Part shown: positions 49,300 to 49,572 of the stretch, in pieces
Layout of the letters: each line of letters opens with the position of its first letter
Position numbering within the stretch: position 1 is the stretch's first letter
DNA from: Neovahlkampfia damariscottae
Taxonomy: Eukaryota
Reading direction: 5' to 3'
DNA length: 49,572 nt
Assembly (NCBI GenBank): GCA_016618085.1
Contig: JABLTG010000147.1
Coordinates: forward strand, 1 to 49,572
Notes under the pieces: generated by a model
The model's input: only the letters and a program-made list of their open reading frames with translations
Database searches by the model: none
What the model was told of the DNA's origin: nothing
Program-made: the position numbers and the translations under genes

Positions 49300-49572
49300 C
49301 TTCAACTTTGTTAAATTTTGTCCAATCAGATGAAAAAAAACTCCGATTCGTTGAATAAATAATCGAACGGCTAATGAATTGATGGTTATTGTGATAAAAG
49401 TGGCCAATTAGATTTAATTTTGCCAGTTATTTTTAGAATTTTTACTTCAAGTTGAACAAAAAAGACCTTTTGTTCAACTAGAAAATACTGAAAAAGATCT
49501 CAAGTATTTAAAATGTCCAAACAGCTCAAATTGGATTCATTTTGGAAAGAAAAAAATGTTACTTCAACATCA

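Overview
Very AT-rich, gene-dense eukaryotic DNA with tiny (~26-40 nt) GT-AG introns; a heterolobosean/discoban amoeba is my guess (inference only). The window opens inside the 3' end of a Fanzor2 (IS607/TnpB-derived) RNA-guided nuclease gene. Its tail carries a foldable omegaRNA-like scaffold and a candidate right end at ~492. Two identical 5S rRNA genes lie 40 kb apart in opposite orientation, each with the same ~69-nt 3' trailer. About 22 host genes follow: EF-hand, WD40, TypA/BipA, a ~15-kb multidomain surface protein, NAA40, Nudix, a PH-kinase-Slingshot phosphatase fusion, condensin H, a secreted polycationic protein, CDP-DAG synthase, endonuclease V, two desaturases, a Trk transporter, RhoGAP, an RGS protein, a NEK/pseudokinase tandem, an O-fucosyltransferase-like protein, PLRG1 and peroxisomal thiolase. 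Most start codons have a CCAAT box ~5-40 nt upstream. Convergent genes end only 5-10 nt apart. Spliced gene models were assembled by eye, so internal exon boundaries are approximate.
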